Shown: positions 8,356 to 17,936, numbered from the stretch's first letter. The stretch is DNA of 64,000 nucleotides from an uncultured Clostridia bacterium (GCA_934500865.1 CAKSUD010000001.1:1509-65508), one strand, 5' to 3'. The notes: generated by a model not told the origin, from the letters alone. Numbers and translations: made by a program.

Positions 8356-10140
8356 ATGAAAAAGTTGGGATATTTAAAAAATATTTTATTTAATTCAGCT
8401 ATTTTGATATTAACATTTATAGCGGTAGTGTTAATAGTTTCTTCGAGCCTATTATTAATGCATATTAATATCTCAAAAGTATCTTTTATAGTATCAGGAG
8501 TTATTACATTAGCGGTATATTTTCTTATATACCGCTTTTTGCGTTTAAAAAAATCGGAGAGCACATTGGCTGAGAATGTTGGTGGGGCAATACTTGGAAT
8601 ATGTGTTTTTTTCATTTCATTGTTTGTTTGCACACAAATTTACGATTTGGCACACGATAGCAATTGGTATCATAAGGCTGCAATAGGATGTATGGCTAAT
8701 GGTTGGAATCCTTGTTATGAAAACATTACTGAGTTTGGTAGCCGTTCTAAAATAGGAATAGGGAATTTACCTGACTGTGGGATTTGGGTTGAACATTATT
8801 GCAAGGCTTCGTGGATTTTTGGTGCTAATGTATATTCGATTACCGGAGACATTGAAACTGCTAAATCAATTAATATATTGATGGTATATGTGTTATTTTG
8901 CTTTGCTTACTGTATATTATCTAAATACCTTAAAAATTGGCAGTCTATTATAATTGCTGTGCTTTTAACATTTAACCCGATTATATTGTCTCAAGTTTTT
9001 TCCCTTTATATAGATAATTTGTTGATGACAACATTATTTGTTATTGTACTTTTATTGGCAGATATAACATATAAAAAAGAATTTAATGATGTAAAAAAGA
9101 TTAACTTTTTAGCATTATTCTCGGCAATAGTTATTTGTATAAATATAAAATTTACCGGATTAGCATATGCGGGGATTTTTTGCTTTATCTTTTACTTAGT
9201 GTGGTTAGGTATTAGCATAAAAGATAAGAACTTTAAAAAGGTATTTATTTGGATGACTGCTTTTTATTTAGTTACATGCATAGTAGCAATAATTTTAGTT
9301 GGATTTTCTAGCTATGTAAAGAATTTTGTTGAGCATGGGCATCCGTTATATCCTCTTGCTGGTGAAGGAAAAGTAGATATAATGACGGGTAACCAGCCAT
9401 CATCTTTTGATAATATGATTGGAGTAAAAAAACTTATTTATTCTGTATTTTCAGAAACAGATAACATAGTTGGGGATGGAAGAAGTCCTAAACTTAAAGT
9501 TCCATTTAGGGTAAGTGAGTATGAAAAGGAAATATGTAAAAAGGGAGCGGATATAAGAATTGCTGGATTTGGTCCTCTTTTTAGTGGAATCTTATGTGTT
9601 TGTGCGCCGATTATATTATACGGATTGTTTTATTTATATAAAAAGGATAAAGAATGGTTTTGTATATATTTAACTTTACTTTGTATAATAGGTGGAATGC
9701 TACTTTTAATTCAAGAGAGCTGGTGGGCAAGATATTCGCCATATTTTTATCTTGTACCTTTAATGGCACTTATGATATTATTTAGCATATGGAACAGCCA
9801 AGGAAAAAGTGGTTTTGGTATAACTGGTTTGGGTATTTCTATTGTTTTAAGTGCGATTATATTTTTTAATAGTACATATTTTATGGATTATCCGATAAAT
9901 TGCAGAAAAGAAACGATAACTATTAAAGAGAATTTGGCTAAGGTTAGTGAGATTTCTAAGAGTCAGAGAGTGAATATTAAGTTTTTTACCTATGCTTATT
10001 ACGGGTTAGAATTTAATTTTAGAGATTATGGAATAAATTATAAGATTGTTGGTAGGACAACCGGAGAATTAGTACCGGTTTATGGTAAAATGGCTGAAAT
10101 GGAGGTAATTTACAATGAAGAAAATTTGCTCAATAATTAA
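8356..10140 (+). CDS. Polytopic membrane protein, GT-C-like (putative polyprenyl-phosphate-sugar dependent glycosyltransferase, AftB-like position)
   Basis: 594 aa with about 11+ TM helices. An Asp-containing first loop (YDLAHDSNWY) and a C-terminal soluble domain. Lies 30 nt after pyrH and overlaps the UbiA-like gene. Confidence 0.35.
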   Translation: MKKLGYLKNILFNSAILILTFIAVVLIVSSSLLLMHINISKVSFIVSGVITLAVYFLIYRFLRLKKSESTLAENVGGAILGICVFFISLFVCTQIYDLAHDSNWYHKAAIGCMANGWNPCYENITEFGSRSKIGIGNLPDCGIWVEHYCKASWIFGANVYSITGDIETAKSINILMVYVLFCFAYCILSKYLKNWQSIIIAVLLTFNPIILSQVFSLYIDNLLMTTLFVIVLLLADITYKKEFNDVKKINFLALFSAIVICINIKFTGLAYAGIFCFIFYLVWLGISIKDKNFKKVFIWMTAFYLVTCIVAIILVGFSSYVKNFVEHGHPLYPLAGEGKVDIMTGNQPSSFDNMIGVKKLIYSVFSETDNIVGDGRSPKLKVPFRVSEYEKEICKKGADIRIAGFGPLFSGILCVCAPIILYGLFYLYKKDKEWFCIYLTLLCIIGGMLLLIQESWWARYSPYFYLVPLMALMILFSIWNSQGKSGFGITGLGISIVLSAIIFFNSTYFMDYPINCRKETITIKENLAKVSEISKSQRVNIKFFTYAYYGLEFNFRDYGINYKIVGRTTGELVPVYGKMAEMEVIYNEENLLNN

Positions 10141-10981
10141 ATTGATGCGTCCACATCATTATATAAAAAATGGCTTGTTATTTTTACCGCTTGTTTTTAG
10201 CGGAAATTTATTAAATAAAGACTTCCTTATTGTATTAATGATAGGCTTTTTGGCTTTTTGTCTTTCTTCATCAGTTATTTATATAATAAATGATATTTTT
10301 GATGTGGAAAAAGATAAATTGCATCCTAAAAAATGCAAAAGACCAATAGCATCGGGTGAAATTTCAATTAAATTTGCTTGGGTTTTAGCTATTTTATTAC
10401 TAGCAGTAGTTGTGGCATTAAATTACATTATTGCAAGTAACAACATTGGTGCTTGGGTACTTTTAGGATTATATATTGTGCTAAACTTTGCATACAGTAT
10501 GGGATTAAAACAAGTACCGTTATTAGATATTGCAATATTAGTTTCTGGATTTTTAATTAGAGTCTTATATGGAGCAAGTATAATAAGTGTTGTTGTTTCT
10601 AATTGGCTATACTTAACTGTAATTGCTATGGCTTTTTATTTGGGATTAGGAAAAAGAAGAAATGAAATGGCTAGACAGGGAAGTGATACAAGAAAAGTTT
10701 TGCAATTTTATAATTATAATTTTCTAGATAAGAATATGTATTTGGCTAATGCACTTACAATTGTTTTTTATTCGCTTTGGTGTGTTGATGCCGGAACTAT
10801 TGCGAGATTTTCGAACAAATTGATTTGGACAGTTCCACTAGTTATGCTAATAAGTATGAAATATAGCTTAAATATAGAAGGAAATTCAGATGGAGACCCT
10901 GTTGATGTGGTATTGAGTGATAAGATTTTAGTAGTGTTAGCTATGATTTATGTAATTTCGATATTAATTCTTACGTATTAA
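10115..10981 (+). CDS. UbiA-family prenyltransferase, decaprenyl-phosphate phosphoribosyltransferase (DPPR synthase)-like
   Basis: RPHHYIKNGLLFLPLVFSG plus the NDIFDVEKD (NDxxDxxxD) motif. Polytopic, 288 aa. Start overlaps the end of the upstream gene. Confidence 0.65.
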   Translation: MKKICSIIKLMRPHHYIKNGLLFLPLVFSGNLLNKDFLIVLMIGFLAFCLSSSVIYIINDIFDVEKDKLHPKKCKRPIASGEISIKFAWVLAILLLAVVVALNYIIASNNIGAWVLLGLYIVLNFAYSMGLKQVPLLDIAILVSGFLIRVLYGASIISVVVSNWLYLTVIAMAFYLGLGKRRNEMARQGSDTRKVLQFYNYNFLDKNMYLANALTIVFYSLWCVDAGTIARFSNKLIWTVPLVMLISMKYSLNIEGNSDGDPVDVVLSDKILVVLAMIYVISILILTY

Positions 10982-11001
10982 AATGAATATGAAAAATTAA
11001 G

Positions 11002-11065
11002 AAAACAGTGTACTATATCGGCTGAAAAAAACAATTTTTGTTTTACACGGCATAGCACACTGTTT
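11002..11065. repeat. Palindromic hairpin repeat, copy 1 (AAAACAGTGTACTATAT...CGGCATAGcACACTGTTTT), likely terminator of the UbiA-like gene
   Basis: Inverted repeat with an enlarged loop containing a nested AAAACAAtttTTGTTTT palindrome. Same core as the copies at 16451 and 20365. Confidence 0.6.
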
Positions 11066-11137
11066 TATTATGACGGAAAATGTTTTTTACAATTTTAAAG
11101 TAAAAAATAAGAAGAACCTTTAAGTTCTTCTTATCTT

Positions 11138-11224
11138 TGGTGCGCGAAACCGGAATCGAACCGGTACGGTATCGCTACCGCAGGATTTTAAGTCCTGTGC
11201 GTCTGCCTGTTCCGCCACTCGCGC
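11138..11224 (-). tRNA. tRNA-Leu (anticodon UAA)
   Basis: Reverse complement reads GCGCGAGTGGCGGAACAGGCAGACGCACAGGACTTAAAATCCTG...GGTTCGATTCCGGTTTCGCGCACCA. It has a long variable arm, anticodon loop CTTAAAA, and an encoded CCA. A hairpin plus T-run follows on the minus strand (11103-11137). Confidence 0.85.
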
Positions 11225-11514
11225 ATGAGCATATAATAGCACATAGTCATTTTGTTGTCAATTAAAAAAACAAAAAAATTGTAGAATTTTTTTTCACTAA
11301 ATATAAATAGCTAACATTAATATTGCTATAATACAGTAATACAGTGAAAAAAATGAAATTATAAAAAAAATAAAAAAAATTTTTAAAAAGTGTTAAGAAA
11401 AAAAAATTAAATACGATAAAGGAATTGTAAAGGATATAAAGATGTTAAAAATGGATGTTCAAAAGATGGATGTCAAGGAAGAAAAAGACGGTAAAAATTA
11501 AGGAGGAATTAATC

Positions 11515-12957
11515 ATGAGGATTAATCACAACATTTCGGCAATTAATGCCCACAGACAATTATCATCAAATCAAGGAGCTACATCAAAGTCATTACAAAA
11601 ATTATCATCAGGTTTAAGAATTAACAGTGCAGCTGATGATGCAGCAGGACTCGCTATAAGTGAGAAAATGAGAACACAAATCAGAGGTTTGGAGAAAGCT
11701 CAAAGTAATGCACAAGACAGTATATCTTTGATTCAAACTGCAGAAGGAGCCTTACAAGAAGTAAGTAATATTTTGCAGAGAATGAGGGAATTAAGCGTTC
11801 AATCTATGAACGGTATTCTTTCTGAAACTGAAAAGGATGCAATATCTGCTGAAATGACGCAACTTAGACAAGAAGTCGATCGTATTGCAGAAACAAGTAA
11901 ATTTAATAATACATATCTTCTCAAAGGTACGCTTGGTATGACTGCAAATACTGCAACGTCAAGTATTTATACAACTAATTCTGTTACAGGAAAAGCTGAA
12001 TTAATGAACGGAGTAGTTGGTTTAGATGTAGCTGCTGCTGAGAAGAATACAGAATATACAATTTCTGTGGGTAATAAAACAGTATACAATGCTTCTACTA
12101 AAGATGATGCAGAAGCTAAGTATGTTATACCTGCAGCGGCAGATGGAAATACCGCAAAGGAAAGTGATAATGCAAACTATGCTAATAAGGCAGGAAAATG
12201 GATAAAAACTGATGGTAGTGAGTATGATCCAGCGGCTGATGGAGCTGACCCTACGGCTGTTGCAAAATATATCATACCAGATGATGCTGATGGTAGAACA
12301 ATTAAAAATGATACTGAAGGAGTAAGCGGAAAGTCTGGCTGGGTAAAAGCTGAGACATCTCAAGCACTTCAAATCACATATAAAGATATATCTGGTAAAG
12401 AAGTAACAGCAACAAGCACAATTGACCCGGCTTCTACATTCTCTGGTTTCATTGGATTCACAGATGCAAATGATAGCGATTCAGGTATTAAGATTCAAGT
12501 TGAAGATATGGATTTAGCTCAATTAGATGGTGTAGTTGTTAACACATCTGATGGCGGAAAGACGAATCTTCACATCGGTGCTAACTCAGTTGATGCCCCA
12601 TTAAAAATTGAAATTCCTGATTTAAGAGCTAGAGCTCTTGGAATAGAAGACTTAAGCATAGTTACAACAAATGATGCAAAGCAAACTTTGGATAAAATAG
12701 ATAATGCACTTACAACATTAAGCTCAGCAAGAGGTAACTTAGGTGCATACCAAAACAGACTTGAATATACATTAAATAGCTTGGCAGCTTCTGCTGAGAA
12801 CTTAACAGCGGCTGAATCAAGAATTAGAGATGTTGATATGGCTAAGGAAATGATGACATTTACACAAGCTAATATCCTTAACCAATCTGCTACTGCAATG
12901 CTTGCACAAGCAAATCAACAACCTCAAACAGTATTACAATTATTACAAGGATTATAA
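11515..12957 (+). CDS. fliC: Flagellin (orphan fliC-like)
   Basis: RBS AAGGAGG, then MRINHNISAINAHRQL. Conserved D0/D1 termini (LSSGLRINSAADDAAGLAISEKMR ... QANQQPQTVLQLLQGL) around a variable central domain. The track ORF start at 11455 is probably spurious. Confidence 0.9.
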   Translation: MRINHNISAINAHRQLSSNQGATSKSLQKLSSGLRINSAADDAAGLAISEKMRTQIRGLEKAQSNAQDSISLIQTAEGALQEVSNILQRMRELSVQSMNGILSETEKDAISAEMTQLRQEVDRIAETSKFNNTYLLKGTLGMTANTATSSIYTTNSVTGKAELMNGVVGLDVAAAEKNTEYTISVGNKTVYNASTKDDAEAKYVIPAAADGNTAKESDNANYANKAGKWIKTDGSEYDPAADGADPTAVAKYIIPDDADGRTIKNDTEGVSGKSGWVKAETSQALQITYKDISGKEVTATSTIDPASTFSGFIGFTDANDSDSGIKIQVEDMDLAQLDGVVVNTSDGGKTNLHIGANSVDAPLKIEIPDLRARALGIEDLSIVTTNDAKQTLDKIDNALTTLSSARGNLGAYQNRLEYTLNSLAASAENLTAAESRIRDVDMAKEMMTFTQANILNQSATAMLAQANQQPQTVLQLLQGL

Positions 12958-12970
12958 TTTTTGAATTTGG

Positions 12971-12998
12971 AAGCTCGGTTAAAAAGCCGAGCTTTTTT
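12971..12998 (+). terminator. Rho-independent terminator after flagellin (AAGCTCGGttaaaaaGCCGAGCTTTTTT)
   Basis: Perfect 8-bp stem followed by a T-run. Confidence 0.75.
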
Positions 12999-13048
12999 CT
13001 TGATTAAAAAAAACAAAAGTGATAGACTAAGACTTGAGGAGATAACAA

Positions 13049-15295
13049 ATGAAAATAGTTGTAAACAATAAAAATGAAAAAATTCCTAAAGAGTTAATAG
13101 AAGCTTGTAATAATGATAAAATAGTAGCTAAGGTTTTTTATAATAGAGGAATAAGAAATATAAAAGAATATAATGAAATTGTGAACGCTAATAATTATAC
13201 TCCATATAATCCAAGTGACTTTCCGAGAATAAAAGAGGCTTGTGAAATAATCAGTAATTCTATAAAAGCGGGAGAAAAAATTGCAGTATATGGCGATTAT
13301 GATGTTGATGGTGTTACTGCTACATCGGTACTGGTTTTGGCTTTAAAAAAACTTAATGCCAATGTTATATATCATGTGCCGGATAGATTCTCAGAAGGGT
13401 ATGGAATGAATGAGAATGTGGTAAGAGAACTAGCTAAAAATGGCGTTAAGACGATTATAACTTGTGACTGTGGCATTTCTAATTTTGATGAAATAAAGTT
13501 GGCTAAGGAGCTTGGAATGAAGGTTGTCTTAACTGACCACCATACTATTGGAGACGATGTGCCTAATGCAGATGTTGTAATAAATTATAAAATGTTGAAT
13601 GCTGAAAATCCGGCGAGAAATATATCTGGTTGTGCGACTGCATATTATTTGGTATTGGCATTAAATGATTACTTAGGAAAAGAAGCTGATGATTATACAG
13701 ATTTAGTGGCACTTTCTACTATTTCTGATGTTATGCCACTAAGAGGTGAGAGCAGGTTTTTATTCCAAAAGGGATGCAAAAAACTTATTGATGGAGAAAG
13801 ATTAGGTGTAAGAGCATTATTTAAATATATGTCTTCACCTGTTACAAATGCAGACGATATAGGTTTTCAAATCGCTCCAAGAATCAATGCTGTTGGAAGA
13901 ATGGATACTGCAAGAACTGCTGTTGACCTTTTCTTGACAGAAGATGAAAAATTGGCAGATGAACTTGCACTTAAAATTAATCAGTTTAATACTGAAAGAA
14001 AAAACATTCAAAACGATATTTATGAACAAGCAAAAGAACAGGTAGAAACGAAGAAACTTAACAAAAAAATTCTAGTTTTATATGGGGAAGATTGGCATCA
14101 TGGTATTATTGGAATTGTTGCCGGTAAGATATGTGAAGAGTATAAAAAGCCTTGTATAATTTTAACTACTAATGATGATGGAGAGACATTGGTTGGGTCT
14201 GCACGTTCTACGGAACATCTTAATATTTATGAAACATTAAAGAGGTTTAGTGATGATTTAGTTAAATTTGGCGGACATTCTCAAGCAGCAGGTCTGTCTC
14301 TTAAGTTAAAAAACTTAGATAAATTTACAAAAGAAATTGAAAATTATGCTGATTTATATCTTGAAGATGATTATGAAGAAAAGATATATGTAGATGCAAT
14401 GTTACCGTTTGAAAGTGTAAATGAAGAATTGTTTGAAAATTTGAAATTAGGTGAGCCATATGGTGAGGCTTTTTCTGCTCCTGTATTTGTAATGAATAAT
14501 GTGGTTATATCTAAAGAAACTATAAATCAAGGTAAACATCATTTCTTAGTACTAAAAGATGAAATGAAAAATGAGATAGGAACAACTTTATGGAATTATG
14601 GTTCGGAAAAATTAGAGGGTAAAAAATGTACAATTATTTTTGGAATTTTTAAGGATACGTATAAAGAGAGAAATGAAATTAAGATTAAAGTTCAAGAAAT
14701 CTTTTTTGATGATATTGAAATTGAAGATAATAAAATAAAAATAATTGACAGAAGGAATATTCCTATCGAAAATGTAATACAAGAATTTAAGAATTCCGAA
14801 ATATACTATGAAGGACCTATAATGTATAAGCCTAATTTACCTACGGTAAATTGCAATTATGATGAAAGAGTTAATTCCTTGATATTGTATTCTTTGCCGA
14901 AAAGTAATAAGATTTTTAATAGAATTGTTGAAGATTTACATCCTGAGAAAATAATCTTGAATTATTCATACTTACCTAAATACGATGTAGACAGTTTTAC
15001 AAAGATGTTTTTAGGTGTTATAAAAAATATTGTTAGAAATAGAAATGGAATTATTAGTATTGGTAAATTTGCTGAGATAATGCAGGTAGAAGAAGAATTT
15101 ATAAATACTTTTAGCAGATTACTTTCTGATTATGGATATTTTGATTTTTACAATGTTGATGCCATTGAGATTAAATATGAAATAAAGAAAAAGAGTAAGA
15201 AGGATAATAAATTCTTAGAAAAAATGGTTATTAAGTATCTACGTGAAAAAGAAGAGTATGTAAATTATATGAAAAATAGTATAATTAATAAATAG
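13049..15295 (+). CDS. recJ: Single-stranded-DNA-specific exonuclease RecJ (DHH family) with ~200-aa C-terminal extension
   Basis: YGDYDVDGVTATSVL, HVPDRFSEGYG, TCDCGIS, LTDHH and GGHSQAAG motifs. Confidence 0.8.
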   Translation: MKIVVNNKNEKIPKELIEACNNDKIVAKVFYNRGIRNIKEYNEIVNANNYTPYNPSDFPRIKEACEIISNSIKAGEKIAVYGDYDVDGVTATSVLVLALKKLNANVIYHVPDRFSEGYGMNENVVRELAKNGVKTIITCDCGISNFDEIKLAKELGMKVVLTDHHTIGDDVPNADVVINYKMLNAENPARNISGCATAYYLVLALNDYLGKEADDYTDLVALSTISDVMPLRGESRFLFQKGCKKLIDGERLGVRALFKYMSSPVTNADDIGFQIAPRINAVGRMDTARTAVDLFLTEDEKLADELALKINQFNTERKNIQNDIYEQAKEQVETKKLNKKILVLYGEDWHHGIIGIVAGKICEEYKKPCIILTTNDDGETLVGSARSTEHLNIYETLKRFSDDLVKFGGHSQAAGLSLKLKNLDKFTKEIENYADLYLEDDYEEKIYVDAMLPFESVNEELFENLKLGEPYGEAFSAPVFVMNNVVISKETINQGKHHFLVLKDEMKNEIGTTLWNYGSEKLEGKKCTIIFGIFKDTYKERNEIKIKVQEIFFDDIEIEDNKIKIIDRRNIPIENVIQEFKNSEIYYEGPIMYKPNLPTVNCNYDERVNSLILYSLPKSNKIFNRIVEDLHPEKIILNYSYLPKYDVDSFTKMFLGVIKNIVRNRNGIISIGKFAEIMQVEEEFINTFSRLLSDYGYFDFYNVDAIEIKYEIKKKSKKDNKFLEKMVIKYLREKEEYVNYMKNSIINK

Positions 15296-15307
15296 GAGGA
15301 TAAAGAA

Positions 15308-16411
15308 ATGAAGAAGTTTGTTAGTGTTATTTTAAGTGTTTCACTTATTTTTAGTTTTGCTTTTGCAAATACAGAAGCGAATGTATCTAAGTTTGATACT
15401 GAAAAGTTGGATTTATTTAGACAGTTAATCCAAGATTTATACTATAAGGATGTTACGGACGAACAATTATACGAGGCTGCATTAAAGGGAATGTTCCAAT
15501 CTTTGGACAGATACAGTACTTATTATAATGAAGAAGAAACAGCAGAATTTTCTACAAGTGTTTCCGGTACATATTCCGGAATTGGAGTAAAGTTTGAGGG
15601 GTATAACAACTATATGAGAATTGTAAAGGTGTTTGTAAATACACCGGCACATAATGCGGGAATGTTAGCAGGAGATTATATTATTGGTGTAAATGGCCAA
15701 AGCATTGAGGGTTGGTCTTCTAATAAGGTTGCCTCTTTAATTAGAGGAGAGGCAGGAACAACAGTAGATTTAGAGTTACTTAGAAATTCTAGTGAAATTA
15801 TTAAAGTGACTGTTGAAAGAGCGAATGTTCAGGCAGAATCTTGCGATTTTAAGGTTTTGGGCGATGATAGCGACATCGGATATATAAAAATTGAAGAATT
15901 TAATGCCAGTACAGGGGCTGAGATAAGCCAATATTTACATACGATGAAAGTTTTAGGAATGAACAAGGTTATACTAGATTTAAGAGATAATCCTGGCGGA
16001 TATGTAGACCAAGCTGTATTAGTTGCTAGAAACTTTGTGCCTAGAGGAGTTATTACAACATTAAAATACAAAGATGAAAATAGAGAAATTCAACATAGGT
16101 CGTATTTGACTGAAAAATATTTTAAGGTTGTTGCCTTAGTTAATGGAAATTCCGCATCTTCTTCTGAAATTTTAGTGGGAGCATTAAAGGATACCGAAAG
16201 TGCTGTTGTTGTTGGAACAACTACTTATGGAAAGGGAGTTTTCCAAAATGTATATAATCTAAAAGACGGTGGCTCTATAAAGATTACGACAGGAGCTTAC
16301 TATACACCTAATGGAACGTGTATTGATAAAATTGGTATAGTTCCAAATGTTGTGGTTGAAAATGTAGAAGAACAATTACCAAGAGCGATTGAAGAAGTAA
16401 ATAAATTGTAG
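15308..16411 (+). CDS. ctpA: Carboxyl-terminal processing protease (S41, PDZ)
   Basis: Signal peptide, PDZ segment, and the S41 catalytic region (GNSASSSEIL ... TTYGKG). Confidence 0.8.
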   Translation: MKKFVSVILSVSLIFSFAFANTEANVSKFDTEKLDLFRQLIQDLYYKDVTDEQLYEAALKGMFQSLDRYSTYYNEEETAEFSTSVSGTYSGIGVKFEGYNNYMRIVKVFVNTPAHNAGMLAGDYIIGVNGQSIEGWSSNKVASLIRGEAGTTVDLELLRNSSEIIKVTVERANVQAESCDFKVLGDDSDIGYIKIEEFNASTGAEISQYLHTMKVLGMNKVILDLRDNPGGYVDQAVLVARNFVPRGVITTLKYKDENREIQHRSYLTEKYFKVVALVNGNSASSSEILVGALKDTESAVVVGTTTYGKGVFQNVYNLKDGGSIKITTGAYYTPNGTCIDKIGIVPNVVVENVEEQLPRAIEEVNKL

Positions 16412-16416
16412 TAAAG

Positions 16417-16448
16417 AATGGCTATAAAAGGACTTATTTTTAGCCATT
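16417..16448 (+). terminator. Hairpin AATGGCTA-N16-TAGCCATT after ctpA
   Basis: Inverted repeat. Immediately followed by palindromic repeat copy 2. Confidence 0.45.
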
Positions 16449-16450
16449 AT

Positions 16451-16498
16451 AAAACAGTGTACTATATTTTCGGCATAGTACACTGTTTTTTGCTGTTT
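16451..16498. repeat. Palindromic hairpin repeat, copy 2 (AAAACAGTGTACTATATTTTCGGCATAGTACACTGTTTTTT)
   Basis: Near-perfect 15-bp stem followed by a T-run. Shares its core with 11002-11065. Confidence 0.65.
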
Positions 16499-16608
16499 TT
16501 CTTGTAAGAAAAAATAATTGACCATTAGCGTTTTTAGTGATATCATGATATATCATAATTTAATATTACAATTTTTCGTAATATTTTAATCTTTAAGGGG
16601 GAGTAAGA

Positions 16609-17889
16609 ATGATAGATATTAATTTAATCCGTGAAAATCCGGAAGAAGTTAAAGCAAAACTAGCTAAAAAATTATACGATGTTGACTTTACAGAATTTTT
16701 AGAGAAAGACAAGGAAAGAAAGTCCTTAAGATATGAGAACGACTCCTTAAAGTCCGAAAGAAATAAAACATCTGCATTAGTTCCACAATTGAAAAAAGAA
16801 GGAAAAGATGCTACCGAAATAATTGAAAATATGAAAAAACTGGGTGACAAGATTAAGGAAAATGATGATAAAATTGCTGAAATTGAGGCTGAATTACAAT
16901 ATTTCTTAGATTGTTTACCTAATTTACCTGCTGATGATTTATTACCTGGTGGAAAGGAAAATAATAAAGAAATAGACAGATGGGGAGAAAAGCCAGTATT
17001 TGACTTTGAGCCAAAGAACCATGTTGACTTGGCTGAGAGTCTTGGCTTAATCGATTATAAAAGAGGAGCTAAACTTGGCGGAAATGGTTTTTGGGTTTAT
17101 AGACATGATGGTGCTAAGCTTGAATGGGCTCTACTAAACTACTTTATCGAGACTCATATTGCTGATGGATATGAATTTGTATTATTACCACATTTACTTA
17201 CAAGAAAATGCGGATATGGTGCAGGTCAATTCCCTAAGTTTGCTGAAGATGTATATCATTTAGATGCAGATAGTGAAAATAGTACACACTTCTTATTACC
17301 AACTGCTGAAACTGCACTTGTTAATATGCATAGTGATGAAGTTTTAGAAGAAGAAGAGTTACCTATTAAGTATGCCGGATATACACCTTGTTATAGAAAA
17401 GAAGCTGGAAGTTATAGAGCAGAAGAGCGTGGAATGATTCGTGGACACCAATTTAATAAGGTAGAAATGGTTCAATACACAAAACCTGAGGATTCTCCAA
17501 AGGCTTTTGAGGAATTAGTTAATAAGGCTGCTGCTTTAGTTAGAGGCTTAGGACTTCATTACAGAATTTCTAAGTTAGCTGCTGCTGATTGTAGCCATGC
17601 AATGGCAAGAACTTGTGATATTGAAATTTGGATCCCTAGTATGAATGATTATAAAGAAGTAAGTTCTGTATCTAATGCACATGATTATCAAGCTAGACGT
17701 AATAATACAAGATATAGAAATAAGGAAACAGGAAAGCTTGAGTATGTTCATACATTAAATGGTTCTGGACTTGCTACAAGTAGAGTATTACCTGCTATAC
17801 TAGAACAATATCAACAAGCAGACGGAAGCGTCAAAGTGCCTGAAGTTTTAAGAAAATGGGTTGGTAAGGACTATATTGGAAGAGATTAA
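16609..17889 (+). CDS. serS: Seryl-tRNA synthetase
   Basis: MIDINLIRENPEEVKAKLAKK, class II motifs, 426 aa. Confidence 0.95.
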   Translation: MIDINLIRENPEEVKAKLAKKLYDVDFTEFLEKDKERKSLRYENDSLKSERNKTSALVPQLKKEGKDATEIIENMKKLGDKIKENDDKIAEIEAELQYFLDCLPNLPADDLLPGGKENNKEIDRWGEKPVFDFEPKNHVDLAESLGLIDYKRGAKLGGNGFWVYRHDGAKLEWALLNYFIETHIADGYEFVLLPHLLTRKCGYGAGQFPKFAEDVYHLDADSENSTHFLLPTAETALVNMHSDEVLEEEELPIKYAGYTPCYRKEAGSYRAEERGMIRGHQFNKVEMVQYTKPEDSPKAFEELVNKAAALVRGLGLHYRISKLAAADCSHAMARTCDIEIWIPSMNDYKEVSSVSNAHDYQARRNNTRYRNKETGKLEYVHTLNGSGLATSRVLPAILEQYQQADGSVKVPEVLRKWVGKDYIGRD

Positions 17890-17936
17890 TCTTTGGGGCG
17901 AGTATAATCGCCCCATTTGAGTATTAGGAGGTTTTT

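Noticed and set aside
11384-11440. Sigma-D (sigma-28) promoter TAAA-N15-GCCGATAT upstream of flagellin
   Set aside because: Only partial matches (ttaa...aCGATAa; ...gGATAT), and their spacing does not fit. I could not place it confidently, so it is not listed as a feature.
11225-11454. Possible small ORFs or a CRISPR-like array in the AT-rich stretch with poly-A runs
   Set aside because: Pure A/T homopolymer tracts with no repeat-spacer periodicity. Consistent with curved promoter-upstream DNA.
11455-11514. Track start of flagellin ORF at 11455 (MFKRWMSRKKK...)
   Set aside because: The canonical flagellin N-terminus MRINHNI begins at 11515 directly after AAGGAGG. The upstream extension has no RBS and is not flagellin-like.
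16412-16608. T-box leaders upstream of serS, argS, lysS and glyQS
   Set aside because: After subtracting the upstream terminators, the spacers are about 50-130 nt. That is too short for a T-box (about 250 nt), and no AGGGUGGNACCGCG-like box was seen.
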